A stretch of 48,113 nt of DNA from an uncultured Bacilli bacterium (GTDB lineage Bacteria; Bacillota_I; Bacilli_A; RF39; UBA660), in contig CANRQF010000002.1 of NCBI GenBank assembly GCA_947632715.1, positions 1 through 48,113 of the forward strand, read 5' to 3'. Shown in pieces: positions 10,254 to 19,629 of this stretch. The translations under genes and the position numbers were made by a program. Positions within the stretch are counted from its first letter, which is position 1. The number at the start of each line of letters is the position of its first letter. The notes beneath the pieces are model-generated. The model saw nothing but the letters and a program-made list of their open reading frames with translations, was not told where the DNA came from and searched no databases.

Positions 10254-10333
10254 TTGCACAACAAATATATTGTAACCTGGTCAGAGTTGGAAGACAGCAG
10301 CCATATCAATCCCTATTTGTGTGTGCTTTTTTT
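10254..10333 (+). ncRNA. ffs: signal recognition particle RNA, minimal 4.5S-type (about 70-75 nt)
   Basis: CCTGGTCAGAGTTGGAAGACAGCAGCC matches the universally conserved SRP domain IV (E. coli CCAGGUCAGGUCCGGAAGGAAGCAGCC), including the GGAA tetraloop. The closing helix is GCACAACAAATA / TATTTGTGTGTGC, followed by T7. The ends are approximate. Confidence 0.75.
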
Positions 10334-10345
10334 AAGGTGTAATTT

Positions 10346-10765
10346 ATGAATGAATATTTAAAAATAATATTAAAAGAATCACAAAAAGCAATAAGTGATA
10401 ATGAAGTTCCTGTAGGAGCACTAATAATAAAAGATAACAAAATAATTTCCAAAGCACATAATAATCGTCAAAGAAAATATAATGTTTTAGGACACGCAGA
10501 AATAAATGCAATAATAAAAGCCGAAAAAAAATTAAAAGATTGGCGATTAGATGATTGTATTATGTACGTTACACTCGAGCCTTGTGAAATGTGCAAATGC
10601 ATTATTAGAGAAAGTAGATTAAAAAAAGTATATTATTTATTAGATGGCAAACAAAACACTAAAAATGATAATAAATTTCAAAAAATAGATGAACAAATGT
10701 TCGGTAACAGTGAATATAAAAATAAAATAGAAAATTTTTTTCAAAATTTAAGAAATAAATCTTAA
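10346..10765 (+). CDS. tadA: tRNA adenosine(34) deaminase
   Basis: CDA zinc motifs GHAEINAI and LEPCEMC, 139 aa. The tadA-dnaX neighbourhood is as in Bacillus. Confidence 0.9.
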   Translation: MNEYLKIILKESQKAISDNEVPVGALIIKDNKIISKAHNNRQRKYNVLGHAEINAIIKAEKKLKDWRLDDCIMYVTLEPCEMCKCIIRESRLKKVYYLLDGKQNTKNDNKFQKIDEQMFGNSEYKNKIENFFQNLRNKS

Positions 10766-10814
10766 TTATAATTAAAATTATGATATAATAATACTGAAAG
10801 GAATTTAAAACATC

Positions 10815-12368
10815 ATGAAATATAAAGTTTTGTATAGAAAATATCGACCAGATAATTTTGAAAATGTAGTAGGACAAGATTATATCGTAACAACGTTAAA
10901 AAATTCTATACTTAATGGTACAGTTTCACATGCTTACTTATTTTCTGGACCTAGGGGAACGGGTAAAACATCAACTGCTAAAATTTTTGCTAAAGCTGTT
11001 AATTGTTTATCACCAGAAAATGGCTCTCCATGTGGCAAATGTGAATTTTGTACAAACTTTAAAGATAATCCAGATATAATAGAGATGGATGCTGCTTCAA
11101 ATAGGGGTGTTAATGAGATTCGTAGTATTATTGATAATGTCAAACTTACACCTACTAATGGAAAATATAAAGTATATATAATTGATGAAGCACATATGTT
11201 AACAGATGAAGCTTTTAATGCTTTGTTACTTACATTAGAAGAACCTCCAAATCATGTTATATTTATCTTGGCAACTACTAATGTTGAAAATGTGCCAATT
11301 ACAATCCTTTCAAGATGTCAAAGATTTGATTTTCAAAAGATTAAAGTTGATGATATTGTTAAAGCGTTAAAAAATATAAGTAATCAAGAAAATATTGACA
11401 TTGAAGATGATGCATTAACAGAAATTGCTTATTTATCTGAGGGTGGAATGAGAGATGCTTTGAGTTTGCTTGATCAATTATCGAAATTGAATGAAAAAAT
11501 TACATTAAAATTAATTGAACAAGAAGTTAAGGTAGTATCTCAACAAACAGTAATAAATTTAATAGATTCTATAGAACATAATGACATTAATGCTTTTTTA
11601 ACTATATTTGATAATTTAAGAAATAGTGCTGTTGATTATAAGAATTTAGTAAAAAGAATTATTGATATAATAAGTAAAAAAGCCTTAAATTTAAAAAAAT
11701 CATTTAAAAGTAGTAATTTAAATTTTGAAGATTATAAAAAAATAATTTTTGAATTATCTAATACTTTAGTTAAAACTAATATTAATGTTGATAATTATAC
11801 AATAATGGAAATGATATTATTAAACTATTTTAATGTTATAAATAGTGAAAATAACCCTAGTAAAGTAGAGAAAAGCATTGAAAGCGTTAAATTTAAAGAA
11901 GTGGAATCTAATACTTTAATAGATGATAACTTCATAAACATCCGAATAAATAATTGCTTTGTAAATGCGAAGAAAAATTATTTGGAAAGTGCAAAAACAG
12001 AATTAGAAAACTTAATATCAAATTATCAAATAGATGGTAATATTAAGACTATATTATTAGATTCAAATGTAGTTGCTGCTTCTCAAACAAATTTAATATT
12101 TACTTGTAATAATAACCATAATGTTGATAAAGCTAATAAATTATTAGAAGAAATAGAAAAATATTATAAAAATGAGTTAAAAAAAGATTATAAAATAGTA
12201 TTTTTAACAACAGATAGATGGATTAAAGAAAAAGAAAAATATATTGAAAATATAAAAATGAATAAAACATATTCTTATATTCAAGAGAAAGACACAAAAA
12301 ATAATGAAGAAGAGAGTATAGTGAAAATAAATGATGTATTCAATCAATCAAAGGTTGAAATTATATAA
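10815..12368 (+). CDS. dnaX: DNA polymerase III subunit gamma/tau
   Basis: HAYLFSGPRGTGKTSTA (Walker A), zinc module CxxxxxxxxCGKCEFC, IIDEAHML (Walker B), SRCQRFDF sensor. Confidence 0.95.
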   Translation: MKYKVLYRKYRPDNFENVVGQDYIVTTLKNSILNGTVSHAYLFSGPRGTGKTSTAKIFAKAVNCLSPENGSPCGKCEFCTNFKDNPDIIEMDAASNRGVNEIRSIIDNVKLTPTNGKYKVYIIDEAHMLTDEAFNALLLTLEEPPNHVIFILATTNVENVPITILSRCQRFDFQKIKVDDIVKALKNISNQENIDIEDDALTEIAYLSEGGMRDALSLLDQLSKLNEKITLKLIEQEVKVVSQQTVINLIDSIEHNDINAFLTIFDNLRNSAVDYKNLVKRIIDIISKKALNLKKSFKSSNLNFEDYKKIIFELSNTLVKTNINVDNYTIMEMILLNYFNVINSENNPSKVEKSIESVKFKEVESNTLIDDNFINIRINNCFVNAKKNYLESAKTELENLISNYQIDGNIKTILLDSNVVAASQTNLIFTCNNNHNVDKANKLLEEIEKYYKNELKKDYKIVFLTTDRWIKEKEKYIENIKMNKTYSYIQEKDTKNNEEESIVKINDVFNQSKVEII

Positions 12369-12390
12369 ATTTTAGGAGGTGAGATAGAAC

Positions 12391-12690
12391 ATGAATATGC
12401 AAAATTTAATGGCACAAGCTCAAAGAATGCAAAGAGATATAACTGCTAAAAAAGAAGAATTAGAAAGTATGGAATTTACAGGAAAATCAGAATGGGTAGA
12501 AATGGTTTTTAGTGGAGGTCGTGTTTTAAAAAGTGTTAAAATTTTAAAAGAAGGTACTATAAACGAAGATGATAAAGAAATATTAGAGGATATGATAAAA
12601 ATTGCAACAAAAGATGCTTTTGTAAAAATAAATGAAGCAATGGCAGATAAATTAGGTCAATATGCTGGAGCATTGGATGGTTTAATGTAA
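12391..12690 (+). CDS. ybaB: nucleoid-associated protein YbaB/EbfC
   Basis: 99 aa, N-terminal NLMAQAQRMQ..., in the conserved dnaX-ybaB-recR arrangement. Confidence 0.9.
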   Translation: MNMQNLMAQAQRMQRDITAKKEELESMEFTGKSEWVEMVFSGGRVLKSVKILKEGTINEDDKEILEDMIKIATKDAFVKINEAMADKLGQYAGALDGLM

Positions 12691-12691
12691 T

Positions 12692-13294
12692 ATGATATAT
12701 CCAGAATTGCTTCAAAAATTAATTGACTATTATAAAAAATTACCCACAGTTGGTGAAAAGTCTGCAGAAAGAATGGCATTAGCAACATTAAATTTCAAAA
12801 AAGAAGATATAGAAAGTTTTGCAAAAGTTTTAGTTGATAGTAAAGAAAATTTAAAACAATGCAAGATATGTGGTAACTTAACAGAAAATGAAATATGCCA
12901 TATTTGTGAAAATGAAAATAGAAATAAAAATCTAATTTGTGTAATTGAAGATTATAAAAGTGTATTTTCGTTTGAAAAAGCGGGACGTTATAATGGCGTT
13001 TATCATGTATTAAATGGGCTTATTTCACCAATGGATAGTATTGGACCAGATGATATCAATATATCATCCTTAGTAAAAAGGGTTGAAAATTTAGAAAATC
13101 CAGAATTGATATTAGCATTGAAATCTTCTATTGAAGGTGAAACAACAACAATGTATATAAAGAAAATTTTTGAAAAGAAAAATGTTAAAATATCAAGATT
13201 ATCTTATGGCTTGCCTATGGGAGCTGAAATAGATTATTTAGATATTATCACATTAGATAAAGCTTTAGAGGATCGTAAAATAATCTCAGAATAA
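12692..13294 (+). CDS. recR: recombination protein RecR
   Basis: LPTVGEKSAERMA helix-hairpin-helix, CxxC...CxxC zinc finger (CKICGNL...CHIC), Toprim region, 200 aa. Confidence 0.95.
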   Translation: MIYPELLQKLIDYYKKLPTVGEKSAERMALATLNFKKEDIESFAKVLVDSKENLKQCKICGNLTENEICHICENENRNKNLICVIEDYKSVFSFEKAGRYNGVYHVLNGLISPMDSIGPDDINISSLVKRVENLENPELILALKSSIEGETTTMYIKKIFEKKNVKISRLSYGLPMGAEIDYLDIITLDKALEDRKIISE

Positions 13295-13332
13295 AATATA
13301 TTTATAGTCATATAATTTAATGGGTGAAATAA

Positions 13333-13521
13333 TTGAAAAACAAATTGGGATTAATTTTAAAAAAGATAATATTTGCTTTTGGTGCTATTTACTCAATAAA
13401 TTTAATATTAAGCAATGTTGGTATATGCTTACCGATAAATTTGGCAACAATTGGTATTACTGCTTTTTTGGGTTCTCCCGGTTTATTGTCTCTATTTACC
13501 ATCCTCTATATAGTTCATTAG
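13333..13521 (+). CDS. bofA: BofA-family small membrane protein (pro-sigma-K processing inhibitor-like)
   Basis: TTG start. VGICLPINLATIGITAFLGSPGLLSLF aligns with B. subtilis BofA LGIHVPINLVTTAISGILGIPGIAALV. Its position after recR matches Bacillus. It is chosen over the overlapping ORF 13320-13541. Confidence 0.65.
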   Translation: MKNKLGLILKKIIFAFGAIYSINLILSNVGICLPINLATIGITAFLGSPGLLSLFTILYIVH

Positions 13522-13527
13522 GAGGCT

Positions 13528-14391
13528 ATTATAGAAAATAAACAATTAGAACAACTAATTACGTATTATAAAGAAAAAAAGTTAGCACATGCTTATTTAA
13601 TTTCTACAAATAATATTGATAAATGTTATAAAGTTCTTTTAAATGTTATAAAGAACATTTTTTGCGTAGAAGAATATAAGGAAAATTGTAATAAATGTTC
13701 TTTGTGCCATTTAATTGATATAAATAACTTACCTAGTTTAAAAACGATTGCTCCCGATGGTCAAATGATAAAAAAAGAACAAATTATGGAATTAAAAAGT
13801 TTATTTTCAAAAGATTCAATATATACTAATGAATCAATATATATAATTAAAGAAGCAGAAAAATTGAATAAAGAAGCTGCAAATACGATGTTGAAATTCT
13901 TAGAAGAACCAGAAGGAAATGTTATAGGATTTTTTATAACAAATAGTAAAGATAACATGATGTTAACTATAAAAAGTCGATGTCAGTTAATTGATGCCTA
14001 TTTTAATAATTCTGATTTTGAAGAATTAAATATTGATAATGAAACATATGAAAACTATATAAATATATTAAATGAATACTTGTATAAAGTAGAAATTGAA
14101 AGAAAAGAATCAATAATTTATAATAAAGAATATTTAAGTAATTTAGAAAAAAGTGAAATAATAAAATTATTAGATATTATGTTAAAAATATATAAAGAAA
14201 AAATGGAATTATCAATTTTAAATAAACATAATGATAAATTTTCATTTTTAAATAATTTTTCATATCAAAATTTATCAAGTAAAGTAAATTTATTAATTGA
14301 TACATTGAACAGAATAACTTATAATGTAAATGTTGAATTATTGATGGATGATTTTGTATTAGAAATGGAGTTGCTAAATGAAACTTTATAG
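13528..14391 (+). CDS. holB: DNA polymerase III delta' subunit
   Basis: The ORF track starts at TTG 13702, but the in-frame upstream codons read IIENKQLEQLITYYKEKKLAHAYLISTNN...CNKCSLC, a typical delta' N-terminus with its zinc module. That stretch contains no ATG, GTG or TTG. AGGAGG at 13520-13525 points to an ATT (13528) or ATA (13531) start. Downstream motifs are LKFLEEP and KSRCQ. Confidence 0.8.
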   Translation: MIENKQLEQLITYYKEKKLAHAYLISTNNIDKCYKVLLNVIKNIFCVEEYKENCNKCSLCHLIDINNLPSLKTIAPDGQMIKKEQIMELKSLFSKDSIYTNESIYIIKEAEKLNKEAANTMLKFLEEPEGNVIGFFITNSKDNMMLTIKSRCQLIDAYFNNSDFEELNIDNETYENYINILNEYLYKVEIERKESIIYNKEYLSNLEKSEIIKLLDIMLKIYKEKMELSILNKHNDKFSFLNNFSYQNLSSKVNLLIDTLNRITYNVNVELLMDDFVLEMELLNETL

Positions 14392-15151
14392 TGTTATTTT
14401 TAAAGAACATGGTAAAAAATATCATTTTGTTGGTGAAGATAATTTAGAAATTGGTAAAAATGTTATTGTTGAAACAGAAAATGGATTACAATATGGCAAA
14501 TTAGATGGTATCATTGATACTCATTTTGACGATTCTAAATATAAATCTATAGTTAAAATATGTACTGATGAAGATAAAAATTATTATTTAACATTACTAA
14601 AAGAAAATAAAGAAGCGTTACAAAAATGCAAAGAATTAGTTAGTAAAATGAATTTAAATATGACCGTAATTAGTGCTGATTTTAACTTTGATAAATCACA
14701 ATTACTATTTGGATTTTTAGCTGATGAACGTATTGATTTTAGAGAACTTGCTAAAAAACTTGCCTCAATCTACCATACAAGAATAGAATTACGTCAAATT
14801 GGAGTTAGAGATAAAGCTAAAAAAATTGGTGGCTTTGGTGTATGTGGTCAAACTATTTGTTGTTCAAGATTTCTAAATCATATTGATACTATTTCAATGA
14901 ATATGGCTAAGAATCAAAATTTAGCATTGAACCCATCAAAAATAAATGGTTTGTGTGGTCGACTATTATGTTGCTTACAATATGAAGATGAAAATTATTT
15001 AGAGTGTAGCAAAGGCATGCCTTCAATTGGTGATAAAATAAAAACCCAAAATGGTGAGGGAGAAGTTGTAAGTGTAGATGTTCTTAATAGAAAATGTAAG
15101 GTTTTAGTTGGTAGTAATAAAGAAGAAGTAGAAATTAATAAAAATGAATGA
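14378..15151 (+). CDS. ricT: PSP1-domain protein (YaaT/RicT family)
   Basis: Cys-rich core GVCGQTICCSRFL...GLCGRLLCCLQYE is typical of PSP1/YaaT. It follows holB, as in Bacillus. Confidence 0.85.
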   Translation: MKLYSVIFKEHGKKYHFVGEDNLEIGKNVIVETENGLQYGKLDGIIDTHFDDSKYKSIVKICTDEDKNYYLTLLKENKEALQKCKELVSKMNLNMTVISADFNFDKSQLLFGFLADERIDFRELAKKLASIYHTRIELRQIGVRDKAKKIGGFGVCGQTICCSRFLNHIDTISMNMAKNQNLALNPSKINGLCGRLLCCLQYEDENYLECSKGMPSIGDKIKTQNGEGEVVSVDVLNRKCKVLVGSNKEEVEINKNE

Positions 15152-15863
15152 AAAAGTACTTAATGATTTATTTGATTATGACAATTTAAAAATTTATCAA
15201 AGTAAAACTGGGTTTAAATTTTCAATTGATTCAATTTTACTTGCAGAATATGTTAAATTAACTAACAGAACTAAAACTATACTAGATTTGTGTACAGGTA
15301 ATGCAGTTATACCTTTAATATTATCAACAAAAACTAATTCTTTAATGGAGGCATTTGAAATTCAGGAAGAAATGTATAACTATGCAAAAGAGAGCATTGA
15401 ATATAATAAAAAATCATCACAAATAAAAGTGTATAATTCTGATATAAAGAATATTGATGATTTCATATTTAATAAAAAATATGATATAATAACTTGTAAT
15501 CCGCCATATTTTAAAGTAAATAAAACGGATTATATTAATGAAAATGAAATGTTAGCAATATCAAGACATGAAATAAAAATATCATTAGAAGAAATATTTG
15601 AAATTGCTTCTAGACATCTTGAATGTAAGGGAGAATTTTATTTAGTACATAGAATAAGTCGTTTAGATGAAATTATTATTTATGCAAACAAGTATAACTT
15701 AAATGTTAAAAATATATGTATGATTCAAACAAAGAAGAATGTTCCGCCTTATATAGTTTTAGTAAGATGTATCAAAAACGCTAATTTAGGAATTAAAATT
15801 AGTAATATTTACAATATAGAAAATAAAAAAACATATCAAAATATGTTTAAGGAGGAGTTATGA
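15144..15863 (+). CDS. SAM-dependent N6-adenine methyltransferase (YabB/TrmN6-like tRNA m6A37 methyltransferase)
   Basis: SAM-binding ILDLCTGNAVIPL and the catalytic NPPY motif (ITCNPPYF). It overlaps neighbouring genes, indicating translational coupling. Confidence 0.8.
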   Translation: MNEKVLNDLFDYDNLKIYQSKTGFKFSIDSILLAEYVKLTNRTKTILDLCTGNAVIPLILSTKTNSLMEAFEIQEEMYNYAKESIEYNKKSSQIKVYNSDIKNIDDFIFNKKYDIITCNPPYFKVNKTDYINENEMLAISRHEIKISLEEIFEIASRHLECKGEFYLVHRISRLDEIIIYANKYNLNVKNICMIQTKKNVPPYIVLVRCIKNANLGIKISNIYNIENKKTYQNMFKEEL

Positions 15864-16408
15864 AACTAGTAGTGGGATTAGGAAATCCAGGAAGAGAATA
15901 TAAAAATACAAGACATAATATAGGATTTATGGTATTAGATAATTATTTAGGAAAAGTTAAATGGAAAAATAAAATGGAAAGTAATTATTATTTAGATGAT
16001 AGTAATCAAGTAATATTTATAAAACCACAAACATATATGAATTTATCTGGACTTGCCGTAAGTAAAATAGTAAATTATTATAAAATTGATGTTCAAGATA
16101 TACTAGTTATTCAAGATGATTTAGATATGGAAATTGGATCATATAAATTAAAAAATAATAGTTCATCTGGTGGACATAATGGTTTAAAATCAATTATAAA
16201 TGAATTAAATAGTGATAAATTTGGTAGACTAAAAATAGGAATTGGTAAAAATAATCGAATTCCTGTTGATAAGTATGTTTTATCAAAATTTAGTAAAGAA
16301 GAATTAGAAGTAATTAATAGTAATCAAGATAAATTTAATACAATAATTGATTTATTTATAAAGGAAGAATTTGAAAACACTAAACAAAAATATAATCAAT
16401 TAAATTAA
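15860..16408 (+). CDS. pth: peptidyl-tRNA hydrolase
   Basis: LVVGLGNPGREYKNTRHNIGF, and GGHNGLKSI. Confidence 0.95.
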   Translation: MKLVVGLGNPGREYKNTRHNIGFMVLDNYLGKVKWKNKMESNYYLDDSNQVIFIKPQTYMNLSGLAVSKIVNYYKIDVQDILVIQDDLDMEIGSYKLKNNSSSGGHNGLKSIINELNSDKFGRLKIGIGKNNRIPVDKYVLSKFSKEELEVINSNQDKFNTIIDLFIKEEFENTKQKYNQLN

Positions 16409-16418
16409 GAGGAATATT

Positions 16419-19400
16419 ATGGATTTAAGTAGTTATTTTAATTTTAAAAATAATGGTATAACATATGGGTTAACTGATGAGTTAATCGCTTTTTACGTTG
16501 ATGAATTATTTAAAAAAGAAAATAAAAATATTATTCTAGTAACAAGTAATTTATACGAAAGTAATAAATTATATAATATTATTAAACTTCATAATGTTAA
16601 TACAGATATATTCTTAATGGATGATTTTATAACTTCAAAAGTAGTAGCTATGTCACCTGAATTTACTTTAGGAAGATTAAATGTATTAGAAAACTTAAAA
16701 AATAGAAAAGAAATAATTGTAACTAACTTAATGGGATATTTAAAATATTTACCAAATAAAAATGAAATAAATAGTATCAAACTTACTAAAGATATAGATA
16801 TAAATCGAAATGAATTTATTAATAAACTAGATGATTTTGGTTATAATCGCGAATCAATGGTTACTACTTCAGGAGAATATTCTGTAAGAGGATTTATTAT
16901 TGATATCTATGTTATAAATAAAGTACATCCAATTAGAATAGAATTCTTTGGTAGTACGATAGAAAGTATTAGATATTTTGATGAGAATACCCAAAGAACT
17001 TTAGAAGATATTAATGAAATAGAAATACTACCTTTTAATGAAATAAAAACTCTTACTAATAGTAGTCTATATGATTATACCGATAATGGAATAGTAGTTT
17101 ATTTAAATAAAAATCAAATTGATGTTGCATATAATAAGTTACTTGATGAAATAAATGAATATAATGAAGATAAGAATACTCAAGAACAATATATGTATGA
17201 GTTTAGTGATATTAATCCAACTTATGAATTATATATTGATACAATTAGTAATAAAAGTGATATTGCCGCAATGGAAATACCTCAATTTAATGAAAATTTT
17301 GAATTATTAGAGAATAATTATCATAAATGGATAAAAGAAAATAAAAAAGTATATTTTTATTTATCTAAAACTAGTGAAATAAAGATTATAAAAGGTCTTA
17401 TTCCAAATGCTAATATTATTAATAAAGAGATTAGTAAAGGATTTGTAATTGGTAATATAGTATGTATTTCTGAACATGATATTGGTGTTCATACAACTAT
17501 TCAAAATAATTATAAAAATAATCTTCATATTGGAACTAAGATAAAAAATTATAACGATTTAGAAAAAGGCGATTATATAGTACATCCAATGCATGGTATA
17601 GGTATTTATAATGGTTTAGTAACTTTAACTAAGGATGGAGTAGAAAAAGATTATATTCAATTATTATATGAAGGTAATGATAAAATATATATTCCTGTTG
17701 AAAAAATAAATAATATCTATAAATATAGTAGTAAAGATGGGGTAGCTCCAAAAATTAATAAACTTAACTCACCTAATTGGAATAAAACAAAAAATTATAT
17801 TAAAAGTAAAGCTGAAGATATATCTAAAGAATTGCTTGCTTTATATGCAAAAAGAGCAAAAGTTAAAGGTATACCTTATAAAGATTATGAGGAAGAAGCA
17901 GTTTTTGCTAGTTCATTTGCTTATACAGAAACTCGCGATCAAACGAAAGCTATATATGAAATTAATAAAGATTTAAATAGTGTTAGACCAATGGATAGAT
18001 TATTATGTGGTGATGTTGGTTTTGGTAAAACTGAAGTTGCCATGCGTGCTATTTTTAAAACTGTTATCAATAATATGCAAGTTATGTATTTATGTCCTAC
18101 AACAATATTATCTAAACAACAATATAATGTTATTAAAGAAAGATTTAAAGATGTACCTGTTGAAATTAGACTTTTAAATAGATTTACTTCCCCAAAAGAA
18201 ACTAAAGAAATATTAGATAAATTAAGTAAAGGAACAATTGATATTTTAGTTGGTACTCATCGTATTTTAAGTGATGATATTAAACCTAGTAAGCTTGGTT
18301 TACTTGTTGTAGATGAAGAACAAAGATTTGGTGTTAAACATAAAGAAAAAATAAAAGAACTAAAAAATGATGTTAATGTTTTAACTCTTTCTGCAACACC
18401 AATACCAAGAACATTAAAGATGGCTTTATCTGGTTTAAGAGATTTATCAATAATTGATACGCCACCAGTTAATAGATATCCTGTTCAAACTTATGTTATT
18501 TCTGAAGATGATTTATTAGTAAAAGATGCAATCTACAAAGAACTTGGAAGAAAAGGACAAGTATTTATTCTTTATAATAGAGTAGAAAAACTAGAAAGTT
18601 TAGTAGATAAGATTAAATCATTAGTTAAAGAAGCAAGAATATGTTATGCTCATGGTCAAATGTCTAAAGAAGAGTTAGAAAATATCATGGATGCTTTTGT
18701 TAACTATGAATATGATATTTTAATTTGTACAACAATTATTGAAAATGGTATTGATATTGCTAATGCTAATACTTTAATTGTTTATGATGCTGATAACTTT
18801 GGTTTATCCCAATTATATCAAATAAGAGGTAGAGTTGGAAGAAGTGATAAAGTTGCTTATGCCTATCTACTTTATGATAAAAAGAAAATGTTAAATGAAA
18901 TAGCGATAAAAAGATTACAAGCTATTAAAGAATTTACGGCCTTAGGTAGTGGTTATAAAATTGCCATGCGTGATTTATCTATTCGTGGTGCTGGTGATAT
19001 CTTTGGCAGTAATCAAGCTGGTTTTGTCGATGCTGTCGGACTTTCTTATTATATGAAATTAATTGAAGATGAAATGGCTAAAGCTAAGGGTGAAGAAGTA
19101 AAAGAAGAAGATTTATCTAATAAAAACTTAATCGAAGTTTCTACCCATATTAAAGATGATTATGTTTCAGATGAAGATATTAAGATTGAAATTCACCAAA
19201 AAATTAATGAAATTGATTCATTAGAAAAATTAAATTTAGTTAAAGAAGAATTAGAAGATCGTTTTGGTAAAATAGATGAAGATATGGAAATATATATGTA
19301 TGAAGAATGGTTTACTAATATGTGTGAAGAATTAAATATTAAAGAAGTTGATAAAAATAATCGTACTATAGATATTGCTCTTTCTGAAGAATTATCAAGT

Positions 19401-19574
19401 ACTATTGCTGGTGATAAGTTATTATTAGAAACAATGAGTATATCTAATAGATTTAATATAAAATATCGTAATAAACAAATTATAATTAGTTTATTATATA
19501 ATAACTTAGATAAACACTACGTATATTATTTAGTTAAGTTATTATTAGCAATTAAAGAATGTGTCAAGAATTAA
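16419..19574 (+). CDS. mfd: transcription-repair coupling factor
   Basis: RNAP-interaction region GDYIVHPMHGIGIY and helicase motifs GDVGFGKTEV, VVDEEQRFG, LSATPIPRT, QLYQIRGRVGR. At 1051 aa it is shorter than the B. subtilis protein. Confidence 0.95.
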   Translation: MDLSSYFNFKNNGITYGLTDELIAFYVDELFKKENKNIILVTSNLYESNKLYNIIKLHNVNTDIFLMDDFITSKVVAMSPEFTLGRLNVLENLKNRKEIIVTNLMGYLKYLPNKNEINSIKLTKDIDINRNEFINKLDDFGYNRESMVTTSGEYSVRGFIIDIYVINKVHPIRIEFFGSTIESIRYFDENTQRTLEDINEIEILPFNEIKTLTNSSLYDYTDNGIVVYLNKNQIDVAYNKLLDEINEYNEDKNTQEQYMYEFSDINPTYELYIDTISNKSDIAAMEIPQFNENFELLENNYHKWIKENKKVYFYLSKTSEIKIIKGLIPNANIINKEISKGFVIGNIVCISEHDIGVHTTIQNNYKNNLHIGTKIKNYNDLEKGDYIVHPMHGIGIYNGLVTLTKDGVEKDYIQLLYEGNDKIYIPVEKINNIYKYSSKDGVAPKINKLNSPNWNKTKNYIKSKAEDISKELLALYAKRAKVKGIPYKDYEEEAVFASSFAYTETRDQTKAIYEINKDLNSVRPMDRLLCGDVGFGKTEVAMRAIFKTVINNMQVMYLCPTTILSKQQYNVIKERFKDVPVEIRLLNRFTSPKETKEILDKLSKGTIDILVGTHRILSDDIKPSKLGLLVVDEEQRFGVKHKEKIKELKNDVNVLTLSATPIPRTLKMALSGLRDLSIIDTPPVNRYPVQTYVISEDDLLVKDAIYKELGRKGQVFILYNRVEKLESLVDKIKSLVKEARICYAHGQMSKEELENIMDAFVNYEYDILICTTIIENGIDIANANTLIVYDADNFGLSQLYQIRGRVGRSDKVAYAYLLYDKKKMLNEIAIKRLQAIKEFTALGSGYKIAMRDLSIRGAGDIFGSNQAGFVDAVGLSYYMKLIEDEMAKAKGEEVKEEDLSNKNLIEVSTHIKDDYVSDEDIKIEIHQKINEIDSLEKLNLVKEELEDRFGKIDEDMEIYMYEEWFTNMCEELNIKEVDKNNRTIDIALSEELSSTIAGDKLLLETMSISNRFNIKYRNKQIIISLLYNNLDKHYVYYLVKLLLAIKECVKN

Positions 19575-19629
19575 GGATTATTAATTTTAAATAAATGGTG
19601 AAATGTTATACTAATGTTAGAGGTGTGAT

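Noticed and set aside
10815-12368. Programmed frameshift site in dnaX (gamma/tau), as in E. coli.
   Set aside because: I found no A AAA AAG slippery heptamer followed by a stable hairpin in the appropriate region by eye. This mechanism is not established for Firmicute dnaX.
13320-13541. 73-aa ORF overlapping the bofA-like ORF in another frame.
   Set aside because: The alternative frame (13333-13521) gives a clean two-TM peptide with the BofA PINL...LG.PG signature. This frame gives a Cys/Trp/Tyr-rich peptide with no similarity, and it would run through the holB ribosome-binding site.
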